This document shows positions 1 to 13,631 of a stretch of DNA of 64,000 bases, in pieces. The DNA lies in contig NW_019091362.1 of NCBI RefSeq assembly GCF_001949145.1, forward strand, positions 238,604 through 302,603, in the 5' to 3' direction. Positions within the stretch are counted from its first letter, which is position 1, and every line of letters begins with the position of its first letter. The notes beneath the pieces were generated by a model. That model saw only the letters and a list, made by a program, of their open reading frames with translations, did not search any database and was not told the origin of the DNA. Source of the stretch: Acanthaster planci (lineage: Eukaryota). The position numbers and the translations under genes were made by a program.

Positions 1-84
1 TCGGGCGATAGAAATAGGCTTCTCTCTGCTGTCATTGGGTAGTCGGGCGATAGAAATAAGCTTCTCCCTGCTGTCATTGGGTAG
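1..84. repeat. 42-bp tandem repeat, at least 2 copies, truncated by the window edge, in a CASD1 intron
   Basis: tcgggcgatagaaata(g/a)gcttctc(t/c)ctgctgtcattgggtag occurs at 1-42 and 43-84. Confidence 0.85.
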
Positions 85-708
85 TCCTCAGAGGAAGAGG
101 CTCATAACATTTCAAGGAGACTCTGTACCATTGTTCGATTCTCCTTACTCAGTGACTGGCTTTATGTAGGTAAGTTGAGATTAGTCAAATCACATCTCTA
201 GGGTTCCATTGCTTCAGAAGTCCTTCATGCTGCTGTGAATGCTTCTTTGCTGCTTTTGTCTTTTCATTAAATTTTTTATTTCTTACCAGCATGACCAGCG
301 CTGTTTGTCATGTCATGTTGGACGGTAACTGGTGGGATTGGGTCCTGTTTTAAATGGAAAATATGAAAACTTTGTTTAAATGTTACTGAAGTCACTCAGT
401 ATTTGCTGTGTAATTTTCAACTATACTCCTGCCAGGTTTCTCCAACATCCCAAATACCTTACATTCCAACTTAAGAACTTGTTTTTTTGCAATGGTAACT
501 ATATACTTATTGGAGCAGATTTCAGATAACTGAATTTGCACCTGTTGCTATGTGACACTGGAGCAAGAACAAACATCCAATCCTCAGAGACAAAAGAGGC
601 AGCACTGAATTGATGTTCCTGGTAGTCACAGATTAGAGTATATAGATAGCAATTAAGCTTGTACTTAAACAGAGTTTTAGTGGAAGTGTTCTTATTATTG
701 TCTTGCAG

Positions 709-3700
709 ATCATAATTTATGGTATGCTGTTTGCCATGGGCTACATCCATCTACGTGTAACCAACAGGCTAAATGATAGCCACTCAGACAATCTGTTCTC
801 TACAGCTTGGACTGTTGTCAGTAACATCGTTGGGTTTATTTTTATTGCAGTAAGTAGAACGTTGCCTCTGGTCTGTAGTCTGTCGTGATTGGTTTGGTTC
901 TCTGCCTTAAACTGTATGTAGGTAAACAGAGCAGTTTCTGGGTGGGGTACATTCTAGAGGTCTAAGGTTAGAATCCTACGTCATTCCTCTGACCAGTTTC
1001 CTGTTAGTTGTTTATTTGAAAAGCTGCCACCAGGAAAGCCACATCATTTATTTATTTTAGTTATTTATTTTTATTTATGCTGACACTGATATTAACAACA
1101 ATAGTAGAGACATGGACATTTTAATAAATAATAAATATGTAAATGTACATTGATATGAATAGAGATTTAATGAGCAACTAATGACAGGAAAAACAAGTGT
1201 TACATTACAGTCAATTAAACTTATTTGACACTGGTAACATCAGAAATGCCAATAAAGGGGTCTGGAGAAGCCAAAGGCTTAATCCTCCCCTGCCCCGAAT
1301 TCCCTTACAGCCCAATACTGTTACATTATAAAATTATTTAAGGGTACAAAGACAAGTGATTTTAATAGGAAATGTATTAAACACAAGAAATTGAGGGGAA
1401 ACAATATGAAAAGGAAAAAAAAGGAAAGAAAAAGCAGGCAATCAGACCACAGCAAAGAGTTAAGTTATTCAGTGTTTGAAATGAGCATAGTTTTGAGGGG
1501 TGTTTTTTTGTGAACTTATACAGGGACCTCGATTGGTTTATGGATTCTTTGAAGCTATGCCACATTGTAGTGGTCCATTTGTAAACAAAGTGGTGTGATT
1601 ATGGATTTGGCAGAGATTACTTCAAGCTGAGTTTCTTGTTGAATATGAATGAATATCAGCTATAAGCGAAGTGTATGAATGTATGCAGGAAGGCATGGGA
1701 CCATTCATGAGTTTAACCACTTGCTGCCGGGTGCCTTTAGAAATTCAGTGTCTAAATCCGGGTGATTTTCAATATCTTCGGTTTTAAAAAATCTTCAAAA
1801 ATTCATATCCTCTTTTCCTGCCTAAACCGCATCGAGTGACTGTCTGGTGGTTACTGTAATCTGACACACAACATCTATTGATGCCCGAGTATTTTAGCCA
1901 GGCCTGCCGCCTTGTAAAGAGAGCCGAGATTGTGTGGCGTTACATAAATTTCTTTTGTTCCCAAAACTGGCATAATTGCACTGCTGGCGTCTTTTCAATA
2001 GGGGCCAGATTAACTTGCAACGGTATTGTATCACTCATCACTGGAGTGCTAAAGTGCTTCTTTTCCCGGTGGTAATCCGCTCTCGCTGAATGTCACAAAC
2101 AGTGGTATAATCTTTCAAAACAAGGATGGATTTCCTCTGCTATTGACACTGAAAAAATGTTAGCAATTCCTAGCAGCTCGGTCTTTTATTCCAAGTACAG
2201 TCTTTTGTTACAAGGCCCAGCTCTTCTGTCCCATTTTAGGCACCCTGGCTAAGCGTACAAAACCCAAGGTACCCGAAATGTTCCAAGGTTCATATGATAA
2301 TATCCTCTAACTTTAACACATTTAATTTAATAAATAAGGGAGCCATAATTGCCTTGCGCCGTTTCCAAGAACTGCAACAATGTTTATTTTATTTGCATTG
2401 TGACCTTCATCGCAATTCTAAGCTGTGCAGAGCACATTTGAACTGCAGCCATGATAACACAGCGGCTATTTTGGAGAATGCCATTCTTTAACTTACTGGT
2501 TGAGTTGTTACTGTGTGGTCGTCTTTCAGATTTGAGTTAAGTTTTACTATTCAACTCAATGTGTGTGTTTAACTAGCTTCCACAAGTCACGTAGGCTGAA
2601 CCTTGGGCCCTTTCATCCCGCTTGTATGACACATCATACACATATAATTGTCCCGGGGTCAGGGTTGTTCCGCGTAAACTAATCCAAGACACCCTATATT
2701 ATCATTTCTTTCTTTTTGTTTACTAGATATACACCGTCCATTCTTTTATGTGTAGCAGCAAGCCAGATTGTAATGAAGTGCATACCTTCATCAGTGCATT
2801 GCCGGTAAGATTTAAATGATAAAAACAGAGTTTTTGTGTGGGCAACGAATGATATCAATACAACCTTAATGGGGAAAAATAGTCAACTTTTGAGACACAT
2901 AATGCTGACTATTTGTTTTGAAATTATGTTTACTATACGTGTATTCTGGATGTCATACAAACATTTTGAGGCTTTCCAGTAATGTTTAAGATACCTTTTT
3001 GATTTTTGATTTACATTTTTCCTCAATTTTTGGCTGTTTAGCCAACTTTGTCCTTATGAGGTCAGACAAATTGTATCTCAACTTAATGTTCATAGTGTGT
3101 GCTTCAATTGAAATATTCGGAGACATTTATTATGGTTCAAAATATTAATATTTCTGAAAAATCATTTTTTGAACATTTACTTTTTACCCCCATCATTCAA
3201 AAATACTTCAGAAGGTGGTCCATTACGACTGTGAGATGTCACAAAAAATACAGAAAGTGGCGCTAAATATTGGGATTGGAGTATGTAAATTTTTCATTTT
3301 TTTGTAAATATAAATATGAATTATATATACATCTGTGGGTGTTTTTATTTGACGCATACACCATGTACATTAAGTAGAGATCCATCTTGCCTGTCCTCAT
3401 GAACAGAAAAGTTGGTAGGAATGAGTGATTTTGTGAAATTTGAGGAAAACTGTTTTGTTCTACCAGGTGTATGTCAATTTTTTGTCCGAACTATATGTAT
3501 GAACAATTTCTGATGCCGAGATTCATGTATTCTGACGTTTAATAATATTGTTAAGCTGTAAATGTTACAGAGATTTGTGGTCTTGTTCTCAACAGATAAC
3601 AGGTTTAGTGATTCTAAGGAATAGCTCTGGTTCCTTACGGACGCGGTACAGCACTTTCTTTGCCTGGTTCGGAACAATATCCCTGGAGGTAAGTCTTGTC

Positions 3701-4356
3701 TATTTTTTTTTAATTATCTTCCTGCCTCTGTTAAAAAGCCAATTTGATCTACTTGACCTCAGAAGTCATTGGTCACTCACAGAAATTCAATAAACCATGG
3801 GATAGGGTTTCAGAGCCAATGAAATTTCATATGGCACGGAAAAATAGGATACGTTCTAAGAGAAACTTTGAGATTTGAAACTTATTTGAATATATGTTAA
3901 GTATTTGAAAAATGTTGACTAGTAAAACTGAATTGGAAATTATGCATCATATTCAAATTACGAAAAATCACAAGTGAGATAAATGCGCGGTAGAAATATC
4001 TCAGACATACTTCTATCAGTGGAGGTTGTTTTAAAAAAAGGATATCGTTAAGTTGTTCTGTTGTTAAATTAAAAAGTTGCTTCTCCTGAACTTTTTCCTG
4101 GCAGCTGTTTATCAGTCAGTATCACATCTGGCTGGCTCAAGACACCAAGGGAATCTTAGTTCTCATCCCAGGCCATCCAAGTCTTAATCTTCTCGTCTCA
4201 ACGTTCATCTTCATCTTCATTGCTCACGAGATTTCTTGTTTGACTGCCGAGATCAGTAAATGTGTTGTATCCGAGGACTACGCAACCACAAGGAATCGCT
4301 GTCTTGCATTTCTGGTCTTCCTGGGATTGCTGTTAGCATATTCCACGTATGGTTGA
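709..4356 (+). CDS. CASD1: CASD1 (N-acetylneuraminate O-acetyltransferase), last four coding exons: 709-849, 2727-2804, 3596-3688, 4105-4356; 5' part lies outside the window
   Basis: All introns GT-AG, phase 0. Spliced peptide IIIYGMLFAMGY...|[101 protein letters not shown]...STYG* matches the recalled CASD1 C-terminal membrane acyltransferase region ([34 protein letters not shown]). Confidence 0.93.
1044..1600 (-). mobile_element. Possible decayed 3' end of an L2/CR1-group LINE
   Basis: Minus-strand MWHSFKESINQSRSLYKF resembles the LWNSL...I..S.SL..F end of LINE ORF2; (AATA)n-like tail near 1045-1078. Confidence 0.35.
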
Positions 4357-5254
4357 GCTCCAGCATTCATTCTCATATTCATCATTAGTACTTAGACTAA
4401 ATAGGTTAAGTTTGGAAGCACTCAAGTTACATTGTATATGTGTATTGCCACATAGAGTGTAAAATTACAGGGTGTGAGTGAAAGGAGCAGTTTGGTGCTG
4501 TGTCAGTTTGAATCTTTTTAGATTATCCACTGTATATGTATGTACATGTAGGTGTTTTGTCTACTAAATAACATTACCATAATTTAATTTGGATGAGTTC
4601 TGTCTTAGTTGATGCAAATTTCTGTGGTAAAAATTACGCAGTTTTATTAAGGACTACCTGAAATTATAATCAGCTCACAGGTTGTCGTTTATAAAACATG
4701 AATTTGTAGATATTTGGACTTTTAAGTGAATTCCCTGAAATTTAGCATGATTAGGAATTGATTACTGATTCATGACAATGTTAAGGAACCAAGATTTAAT
4801 AGAACAAAGTACACTAGCTTGCCATTTGTACAGGTCAGGACAATTTGATACATATACCTGTGCCAAAGTCTTGAAATTTAATGCCCATGCTGTTGCCAGA
4901 AAGATCAATATTCTTTTTTTTTATTCATGACCCAATACAATGACTATACCAAAAAAGTGGAATTGTGTAAGTTTGCATTATGATATATGTAATGGAAGCA
5001 GTTTGAAAACTATTCTTCAGATGGTGGTCAGACACACTTTACTGTTTTTGAAGATGAATTGAGAGCATTTGACCATTTAGGAGCGTTCATATTGTAACGT
5101 TTTAATGGTAAGAGCCATCACAAATGGATTGGGACGTATGGGTCAAAAGGGATGGGAGAACGGGTGAGTTCGTAGGATGGTTTGGTTGGGGGTGGAGACA
5201 GGAATCTTCCGAATGCTGTGTGGTACCAGAGATTTAGATGAGTACAGTTGTGAC

Positions 5255-5540
5255 CAAAGATCGTATAGCGCCGCGTTGCAGCGCAAGATGGAGAACTTCA
5301 CCACAAATACACGTAAAACGTTGTAATCGCATAAGCGCCATTTGAGCAGGCGATACGCCTGCGCAATGCACATTACTGCATAGGCGCAGGCACCGTGGCA
5401 GGCACGTCCACCTGGTGAGCCTGCACCGAAGCATTACCGTAAACCACGCAGGCATATTGCTTGCTCAAATGGTGCCCGTGGTAATTACACCTTTTGGGCA
5501 GAATTATCCATCTTGCGCCTTCGGCGCTGTACGATCTTTG
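5255..5540. mobile_element. 286-bp non-autonomous TIR element (P- or hAT-like MITE)
   Basis: 19-bp TIR CAAAGATCGTA(T/C)AGCGCCG, subterminal GCGCAAGATGGA inverted pair, perfect 8-bp TSD GTTGTGAC at 5247-5254 and 5541-5548. Confidence 0.9.
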
Positions 5541-6691
5541 GTTGTGACAATTAGTGGGGTAGTTGACGACCAGGTGGTTTCTGTGTAGCGCCCTTTATTG
5601 TAAACAAATAACCAGTCAATAAAAGTCTCTCGTAACGATGTTAAACATCAATGTCTTATTTTACTGCATTGATTTACCTGTTCTCAATGGATTTTTATTA
5701 TTATTATATTATTTGGTTTATAATAAGATATATAATAGTTAATTCAACCTATAAAAAATGAGAACATTCTTAAGGTCGGGATGACGTCACTGAGTCTTGA
5801 TTCCTTCTCAGATTGGTCCATTGGTGGCTATTCCATATTTCATACCCGAAACTCAAAGGGGCAAAAATAGTGTTGTGGTCTATGAGGAAAATCTGAATTA
5901 CTGACTAAACTCTTAACCTTTACGTCAAATATGCCTGAATATTCACTGTTCATGCACTGTGAGTATCTCCCACACTGTACCGAAAAGGTTTCAGTTAGTT
6001 TCATCATGTTCTGCAAAAGGAGGAAAGCATGCAAATCCCTGTACAAAGTGAATGGAGAGTTGCTCCTTTGCCCAGATAAGACGCGAATGCAATAAATGGA
6101 ACAACCTCCAGCCGCGAGAATCAGGATTTTAAGTGTTGCTCGTTCCCTAGATAAAAAGAAATACTCATAACCACACAATGTTTATTAAATATTAATTTCA
6201 AAAAATGCGGTTCAAAACAAACGCGAAAACTTATTATAAATATGATTTGCTGAAGGATTCAAACTGGGGGTATTGTGGATTTTCAAAAAACAAAAGGGCA
6301 TTTCAGGTTTTTTGAGAAACGAGTTAAAATTCTTGATAAAAACTCCAGCCTGTTCAATAGCACACACATTTTTCAATTAGCGTTGGCCAATTCCGTCTGG
6401 GCATGCAGCCTTCAGTTCACTGGTGTCAGATAATTTACATTCAATATCTGATTCGCTTATGGCGACTCTGGTGACACTTTCAGACGTCAAAGTTTTCCAA
6501 ATCCACATATTTCCTCTTGAAGGGGAGCAGATTTAGTTTTCCAATTTTTTTTTACTTGCAAGCCTTGTCCTTGCCAACAAGCAGCCTCCTAACTTGAAAC
6601 ATGGTTTAATTATTGGAATGTTATGAAAGTACTGTAGTCTCAAAATATAATGTATATTCGTCAAGCTCATTTTCCTGTTCAAAACATCCCA

Positions 6692-7427
6692 TATGGTGTT
6701 CTATAGCTGCCAAAATTGCGTTGCGTCGTGCAGTCGCCCCCACACTACGACGCGACACATGCACTACGACGGCTCCGTATGTCGCGCCGTGCTGTCGCAT
6801 CCTGCTGTCGCGTCATGCTGTTTCTTGATGCCGTCGTATCGTGCCGTCGTGACGTCGCGTCTTACCGGCGCAGCGTCGCATCGTGCCGTAGCGCCATTAC
6901 GTCGCCGGTCATTGTATTGTTTTTATGCAGTGTAGGTGCGGCCGTTGCGTCCTGCTGTCCTGCTGACGTGTCCTGATGTCCTGACGCCAATAGAGGGCGT
7001 ATGTCACAAGTCCTGGAGTAAACAATGTTCGCACAGAGGGCCTACAAGATTTGATCATGAAAAATGGTATTTATTGGTATCGAACTTAACTCTGTCTCTA
7101 AGGGCACCCCCTATTTCCACGATGCGACGGCACGCTGTGATGGCACGACGCGACGGCTAAAGGCCACGATGCAACAGGTCAATGGCACGACGTGACGGGT
7201 CGACGGCACGGCACGACGCGACGGGTCGACAGCACGACACGATGCGACGGCACGACGCGACGCAACGACGGCACGACGCAATGCATTTAACACAGCATAA
7301 AAGTGATGAGAAAGGAGGCGACGCCACGACACGACGGCAGGAGGCAACAGAGCCGTCGTAGCGTGGTGTTGTAGCGTCGAGGCGACAGCACGACGCGACG
7401 CAATTTTGGCAGCTGTAGAACACCATA
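6692..7427. mobile_element. Foldback-type element with long CGTCG-rich inverted arms
   Basis: TATGGTGTTCTA(T/C)AGCTGCCAAAATTGCGT.GCGTCGTGC.GTCGCC at both ends in inverted orientation; arms built of CGTCG/CGACG units; ATCCCA repeated directly at 6686-6691 and 7428-7433. Confidence 0.85.
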
Positions 7428-8996
7428 ATCCCAAGTTAACTTTGCAATCAAAACTGGCCGCTTGAAACCTCGAACCATATGCGTTTGAGTTCTTGTTTGT
7501 TTGCTGAAATGAGAAGCGTTAGAGAATGGGGGTACGAGATGTTGATTTGTACGCTCTCTTCACTGGACGATAGAGGCCTAACAATGATCAAGGCTTCAGC
7601 ACCTCGATTGCTGCATGGGTAATTTGGAAGAACTGTTTTCAAATTCGCATCCTGCCCGTAAGCCACATGCTACATGCTGATAAGGTTTCTGGGTCAGTAC
7701 TCCTGCAATTTGAAGTGCGAGGTATTTCATGTCTTGCATTTTTTTTGAAGTACGGTTTTGATTCTCTGTGTTCAAGTGCTATAATTTAATACGTTTCGAT
7801 TGTTGAAAGTTCAAATAGAACTTCCAATTCCGCGTGCTTCTGTTCGGCACATACAAAAAAAGGAGGGAATTAAAAAGAAGCCTACTCGCACTTCTGAAAA
7901 GGGGGCATTCACGGCCCGAAATGAGACTTCTTTTGTTTTCTTTGGCGTTGGAAACCAACCTTCGTTGAAAAGCAAGATCTCCTTTTGTTCAATGCAGTCT
8001 AAAACCCAATATCACTGCATCCCCAAGGACCCAATTGAGAACGATGGTAGACTCAATTGAACTTATTAGACTGCTGAGAAAATCGCCGCGGCAGGATATC
8101 CATTTGACGCCGCGGTATATATAACTCGCCGCGGCGAGAAAGACAGTCAAAGAATATTATCTCACCGCTCCGAGATAGTAATAAATCGGGGGAAAAATAC
8201 ATGTGGCCCCTATTTATAATCCCTCTCCACCAGTGATACTCTTTACATGCATGGTACCAGTCGATTTTTACCTATCTGAAGATAAGAGTGATTTGATTGT
8301 TACGGCAACAGAGCGTTTTGTGCACCTTGAACTTAAAATGTTCTCAGGCGTGTCATGCTGTCAATTTGCTGACAGGCGTGCTCCATTATCATTTTGTCAA
8401 CGTGGGTGTTTACTCCTTTAGAGGTTGATGATGCGGGTCGAATCCCATCAATGGGTTAATGCTGAAGATTCAGCCAGGTCGTTCAGCTTATAATTGGACT
8501 GTTGACATGATTGATAATTTCTTAAAACCCATTTGAAGCTTCAGAGCTTGTCTTTTTTGCCTTTATGCTTACATGGAGTGTGATGGTTGTCAGTGTACAG
8601 TGTAGGTCAGTAGTAAGAGTGTAGTATTTATGTCCTGTGAGAAACAATTGTGTGTTAATCACAGAAGGGCTCGGTTTTTATCTTGTCCGCAGAATTTGTG
8701 TGGCATACGTTCTTCGGCGATTTCTTTGCGAGAGCTTGAGCCAAAAAAATGTTTTGTAGTTGAGATTGAATTTATTCTAAAACCATTTTAAACTCCAGCT
8801 GGACTATTCACATATTTTGAATGGTGAGCATGGGATACGGCTATTGCCGGAACGCTGTTGGTTAAAATCAAGGTCTTGACGGGTGAAATACATTTTCGTG
8901 TGAACAGTCGTGCGATTGGACTGATTACAGTTTTGATTGATTAAGTTTCACGAGAACGACGTTTTCCAAGGCACTCATTTTGATGAAAGGCCAGAT

Positions 8997-10007
8997 ATGG
9001 AAGTCAACGCTACTGATGGCTCCAAACCGACGAGTCCGACGGATGGTTACACCGACGCGCAGACTATCATTTTAACAACTCTGTTCTTGCTGACTGCTTT
9101 GCTGATGCTTGCTGGTTATCTGTGGGTGATCGTAACGGTGGCTCGCACACGAAGTCTCCACACCGTCTCCAACTTCTTCCTCGCAAGCTTGGCCGTAGCT
9201 GAGATAGTTGTGGCTGTTTGTGGTTTACCTTGCATGTTCACTCTCACCATAGGCCAAATATTCAGCTTCGCCTCGGTTTTCTTGATGTCGTTCGGTGTTT
9301 TCCTCTCTGTTATAGGATACTTCTTGAATGGAGTCCTCATAGCAGCCGACAAGTGGTTCAAAATTTCTCGCCCTTTTGTGTACGTCCGAGTGATGACGCG
9401 GTCCAGATGTACAGTTTGCCTAACCACGGTTTGGGGATTGACTACCGTCGGCAGTCTCAGTGGGGCCGTTGCTCACTCGGTGAATTTGAGGGTAGATGAT
9501 TCAGAAGAAGTGTTCACTACCTTCTCTCTAATGGCTGTCATCTACTGTTACCTTATCATCTTGCCATGTGTCTTCGTTATCACGTTATTTAACATCTTGA
9601 TAGTTCGTATCGCTAGGCATCAGGTTCGCGCCATAGCTGCCGACCTACCTGCCGCTCCCCGCACCGTTGAAGGAGCAGTGGATGATGAACAGGTTTCCTC
9701 TCCTGGCAAGGAGGTCGGTATGTTTGCTGCTAGTAACCGCAAGAGCACCAAACATTTTTCCATCTTCTTTTTCTCATTCGTTCTGGCTTGGATCCCAGTA
9801 GTTGTTGTTATGCCCATTGTGCATATCACAGCGGCAGCCAGTAATACTGTTGTGGTGGTTATTATCTTAATTGGATCGATGTTTGTCCTAAGTCAGGCTG
9901 CGTTTGGGACTCTTATCCTGACACTGCTACAACAGGAATACAAGCAAATATTAAAGGGAGACCTCCAAGCAATGAGGGAGAAACTTCATTGTGTCAGAAG
10001 ACGTTAA
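8997..10007 (+). CDS. Intronless rhodopsin-family (class A) GPCR, ~336 aa, atypical motifs
   Basis: Seven hydrophobic segments; N-glycosylation sequon NAT; LHTVSNFFLASLAVAE (TM2), IAADKWFKISRPFVY (TM3/ICL2), RIARHQ (ICL3), FVLAWIP (TM6). First in-frame ATG at 8997; frame is open from 8937. Confidence 0.9.
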   Translation: MEVNATDGSKPTSPTDGYTDAQTIILTTLFLLTALLMLAGYLWVIVTVARTRSLHTVSNFFLASLAVAEIVVAVCGLPCMFTLTIGQIFSFASVFLMSFGVFLSVIGYFLNGVLIAADKWFKISRPFVYVRVMTRSRCTVCLTTVWGLTTVGSLSGAVAHSVNLRVDDSEEVFTTFSLMAVIYCYLIILPCVFVITLFNILIVRIARHQVRAIAADLPAAPRTVEGAVDDEQVSSPGKEVGMFAASNRKSTKHFSIFFFSFVLAWIPVVVVMPIVHITAAASNTVVVVIILIGSMFVLSQAAFGTLILTLLQQEYKQILKGDLQAMREKLHCVRRR

Positions 10008-11129
10008 CTGGAAAAAGATAGGCCTAGCTGCCTTGGAATGGTGTCATCAGTGAGTGTGTCTCAGAAACTCTTGGCACGACTAGATATTCGATAATTGGCG
10101 GTCGTCTTGATCATTTTATAACATCATATTAAACCATTTTCATTGGATATTTTCAGACTATAATTGGACGCCCACTGTTACGAATGTTTCCGATCCACTG
10201 ACCGACAATGTGCAGTGGCGTAAATCTGTGCCGGAAGGTGTGGGGGGTGGGAAAAGATGGGGAATGACATACCCGACCATGGAAATTTGGAAAAGCAGGG
10301 TTGGGGGAGATAGAGATGTGGGGGCGGTATAGAAGGCGATGTTCAGGATATTGATGAATATCTGTAATAAGGCTTTTTCTTATTGGGTGTTTCCCCCTTT
10401 TTAGTGATACTGAATGCATAGTAGTCGTGGGGAAGCCCCAAAATTATTTCTTTTCTTACTACAAGAAAATTAAATTTAAATAGCGAATATAGTATTTATC
10501 TGGCATGGGTGATATGTATCTAAAGGGTAAAGAGCCGAAAAAATGGAGCATTATGAACAGTACTTTGTCCACGTTGTTTCCCGAACAGTATTCCGATTTT
10601 GTTATTTTCTTTAGATTAGATATTGGTAATTGCCATAGTTATAAGCCGCCGTTTTGCCATACCGTTAGTTATGACCTTGAGCCTTTCCATCTTCAACCAG
10701 TCGACTCATCAAATTTTGTAAGAAAAGGAAAATAACTTGAGTCAATAATTCTCTTACCTCAGTCTAATGTTAATTTGACGTAAAATTTACATGATTTGAA
10801 AAGTATAGAATCAAATGCACTGAGAACGAACCTACATAGAGTGCATGGCATTTATGTAATTCAACGCGGTGGCATTTGATTGTTTTAACTAGATATTTCA
10901 AGATTCTCGGAAAACTTTTAGACGATTGAAATGGTTGCAATGACTCGTTTGAGATATCTGGAAACTTTGGGGGGGGGAGAGAAATCTTGAAATACATCGA
11001 GTGACTACAAAACATGTTAAAAATGAATTTGCATCCAGGCCAATTAAGAGGCCTTTAAGTTCATTTTGAGACGTCTCTCAGTGCAAGTAATGATGTACAT
11101 GTACATGTATAATAATTATTATTATTATT

Positions 11130-11506
11130 GGGGAGTCAGGTTGCCAAGGTAGTTCTTTCCTCACCTTCCACCTCTAGTGGTCCCGGGGTCGATTCCCGGC
11201 CTGGGCCACGTGTGGATTGGGTTTTCAGTCCCTACCTGACTCCGTGGGTTTTACCCAGAATATTCCTCTGAGGTTTTCCTCCCACCTCTGAAACTGTAAC
11301 TGCTTCTTGTGTCTCCTCTTTACTGATGTTGGTGAATGTGGGTCGTTTAGCAGCTGCCCGCGGCGCCCTTGTATGCCGTCGGCTCAACCATGTTTAAATG
11401 TATTCATTGTTCCACGCTTAATGTCTTCATTGTAGGCCTACAGCGCATTTGAGCATATCTACATGAAATTTTGCGTTTTAATAATTATTAGTATTGTTAT
11501 TATTAT
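11130..11506 (+). mobile_element. tRNA-derived SINE with L2-like 3' tail
   Basis: B-box-like GGGTCGATTCCC; central GGGTTTT...GGTTTTCCTCCCAC domain; tail AGCGCATTTGAGCAT...GCGTTTTA followed by (ATT)n; sits next to an (ATT)n tract. Confidence 0.7.
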
Positions 11507-13631
11507 GAATAAACTTTGTTACCAAGTGTTTTATCGAAAACTCATGACAGTCATTGCAACCATGGAAACCTGTGTAAATACAAGTGCATGTACATGTACA
11601 TGTACATGTATCTATAACGTTGCGAAATCATGTTTCTCATTGTTAATCACGGTGTGTGATCCTACAGTGTCTGAACGAAGCTTTTGCCTTTCCTTTAAGT
11701 TTAGATTGTGACAATATCACCGACCCCTCTTGAAATTTATCGAATGTGATGATTTTAGGTATAACTTTGATATATACAATTACACTAACGATCGTTGAAA
11801 TTTTCAAATAATTATGGTTTCACCAGTGGTCTTGAGATTTTAATTAGTATTTGTCAAGACTTTCACCCAGTTTAATGATAAATCATCTCATGCTATCAAC
11901 ATCCCATTACATGTAATTGATACCTCAACATCTCTACCAGTCGGATGGGTCTCCGTAATGGAGGCAATTTGTCAGGTTTTGGGATTCCTTGATGTACATA
12001 TATACGCCACGCTGACAAATTGCCACTATGGTCTGCCTGATTGATGGTCATATAGCCTTTTCTTAATAACCTCTCGCATCGTGGACGTCATTTGTCTAAT
12101 TAATGATGTTTGCGACGTTTGTAGTCAGAGGAGAAGGCGATGTTTCAGACCTCACCCTTTTTTCTCTTCTCATTTGACGCCTCTGTGAGGCATGGCGTAT
12201 TATTCTGCACAAAGAAGCCGGAAGAACAGGACACAAATCAAGTTGGCTTCGAAGCAATCGGACTGAGTAGAGGCTTCGTAGCCAGCGCCCTCGGGCTGGC
12301 CGCTCGTGCCGTTATCGCTGAGTGACTTTGTCTTTATTCAATAGACACCATGTCGTTATCTTTATTGACTTTTGGTCAGTACACACTCAAGTTTCTTTCT
12401 TTTTCTGTCTTCTTTCCTGTAGTATCCTGTCACGAGGGCTTGTAATATTACAAAGGCAGCCTGCAAAACATTTTCCCCTTATTGCGAAGTTTTACATTTT
12501 GTGAACGCCCCTATCGAGGGTGAGTGGGGGGGGGCAAGATGTGGATTTTCTTTTTCAGAAACAACTGTCCATTTTTCATCAGCAAAAGTTTCCTCACCCC
12601 ACCCATGGAAGGAACGAGTTTCGGTGTCTACATTTTTCTGCGTCGCATTTCCCCCCGTCGATTTTTTTTTTTTGGATGTTGATTTTTTTCCCGCGGCGCA
12701 TGTTTTTCTCTTGGTGTCATTTGCATTTTTTGCATGAGTAACTGGACTTCACAGCTAAAAACATTCGATGTAATCTACGACACCTGAGACTGCATTCATG
12801 TAACAAATCCTGCGTGTTACGGCACTGAACCTGTAGCTAGCTACAAGTTTAACTAAGGTTTTGGTATATAGATAATGAATGCTGCTATTGACGTAGATTA
12901 TGTCAAGCGTCACAAACAATCGAATCTGTGCATGAAGCATATATTAAAACCGTCGGCCCGTTTAAGTTGAAGTCTGATTGAAGTGATATCTCAAGTGTCT
13001 CATTTTTTGGACAATATGCAGCATGCAGTTGACCAAAAAGGGCCATCAAAGGACTTGCAGAACATTGAATAGGATACTGGGAATGTCCCTTGCTCCGTTT
13101 TGTGTGACACCCATCTCAAAGAGAAAAAAACAGTTAAGTTGCGGTAAGATAAGCGAACATGAGACAAAAGATTATTTAACATGATAAAAATAGCCATTTG
13201 ACGCAAGCGTTGCCCCCAACCCCTTGTAGTTGATAAATAATTCTGTTTGAACAGCTGTCCCTGTGGTACGTGTCACGTCACTTTTCAGTGAGTCAAATTT
13301 GCATCGAATCAATGCCTTAAGAGAAATTCCAAAATTAGAAATCCAGATTGGTATGAAATAATTGTGCAGCTGTGCTGATTTTTTTTACTGTGGTCTTTCA
13401 TTTTGTTGCCATATTAGCAATGATGCTGGCGCTTTATCTTGCTCTCTGATATTCTGAATGTATGATTTTTTTTTAATCCAGTACATTATCTGCCTCAATG
13501 CGAAGTTTTTAGTTCAGAAGGAAAATTGAGCACAAGCGTTCAAAGAAATCCTTCAAATTGCGTTGATTAATAATACCTAAATGTTCAACGCCAAGCTTGA
13601 TCCCATTTTCAACAGCCAAATCTAGTCAGCA

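Noticed and set aside
1..84. Repeat unit could suggest a CRISPR array or a coding repeat
   Set aside because: No spacers; eukaryotic intron context; simple tandem duplication
6613..7478. Many overlapping Arg/Ala/Val-rich ORFs
   Set aside because: By-products of the GC-rich CGTCG foldback repeat
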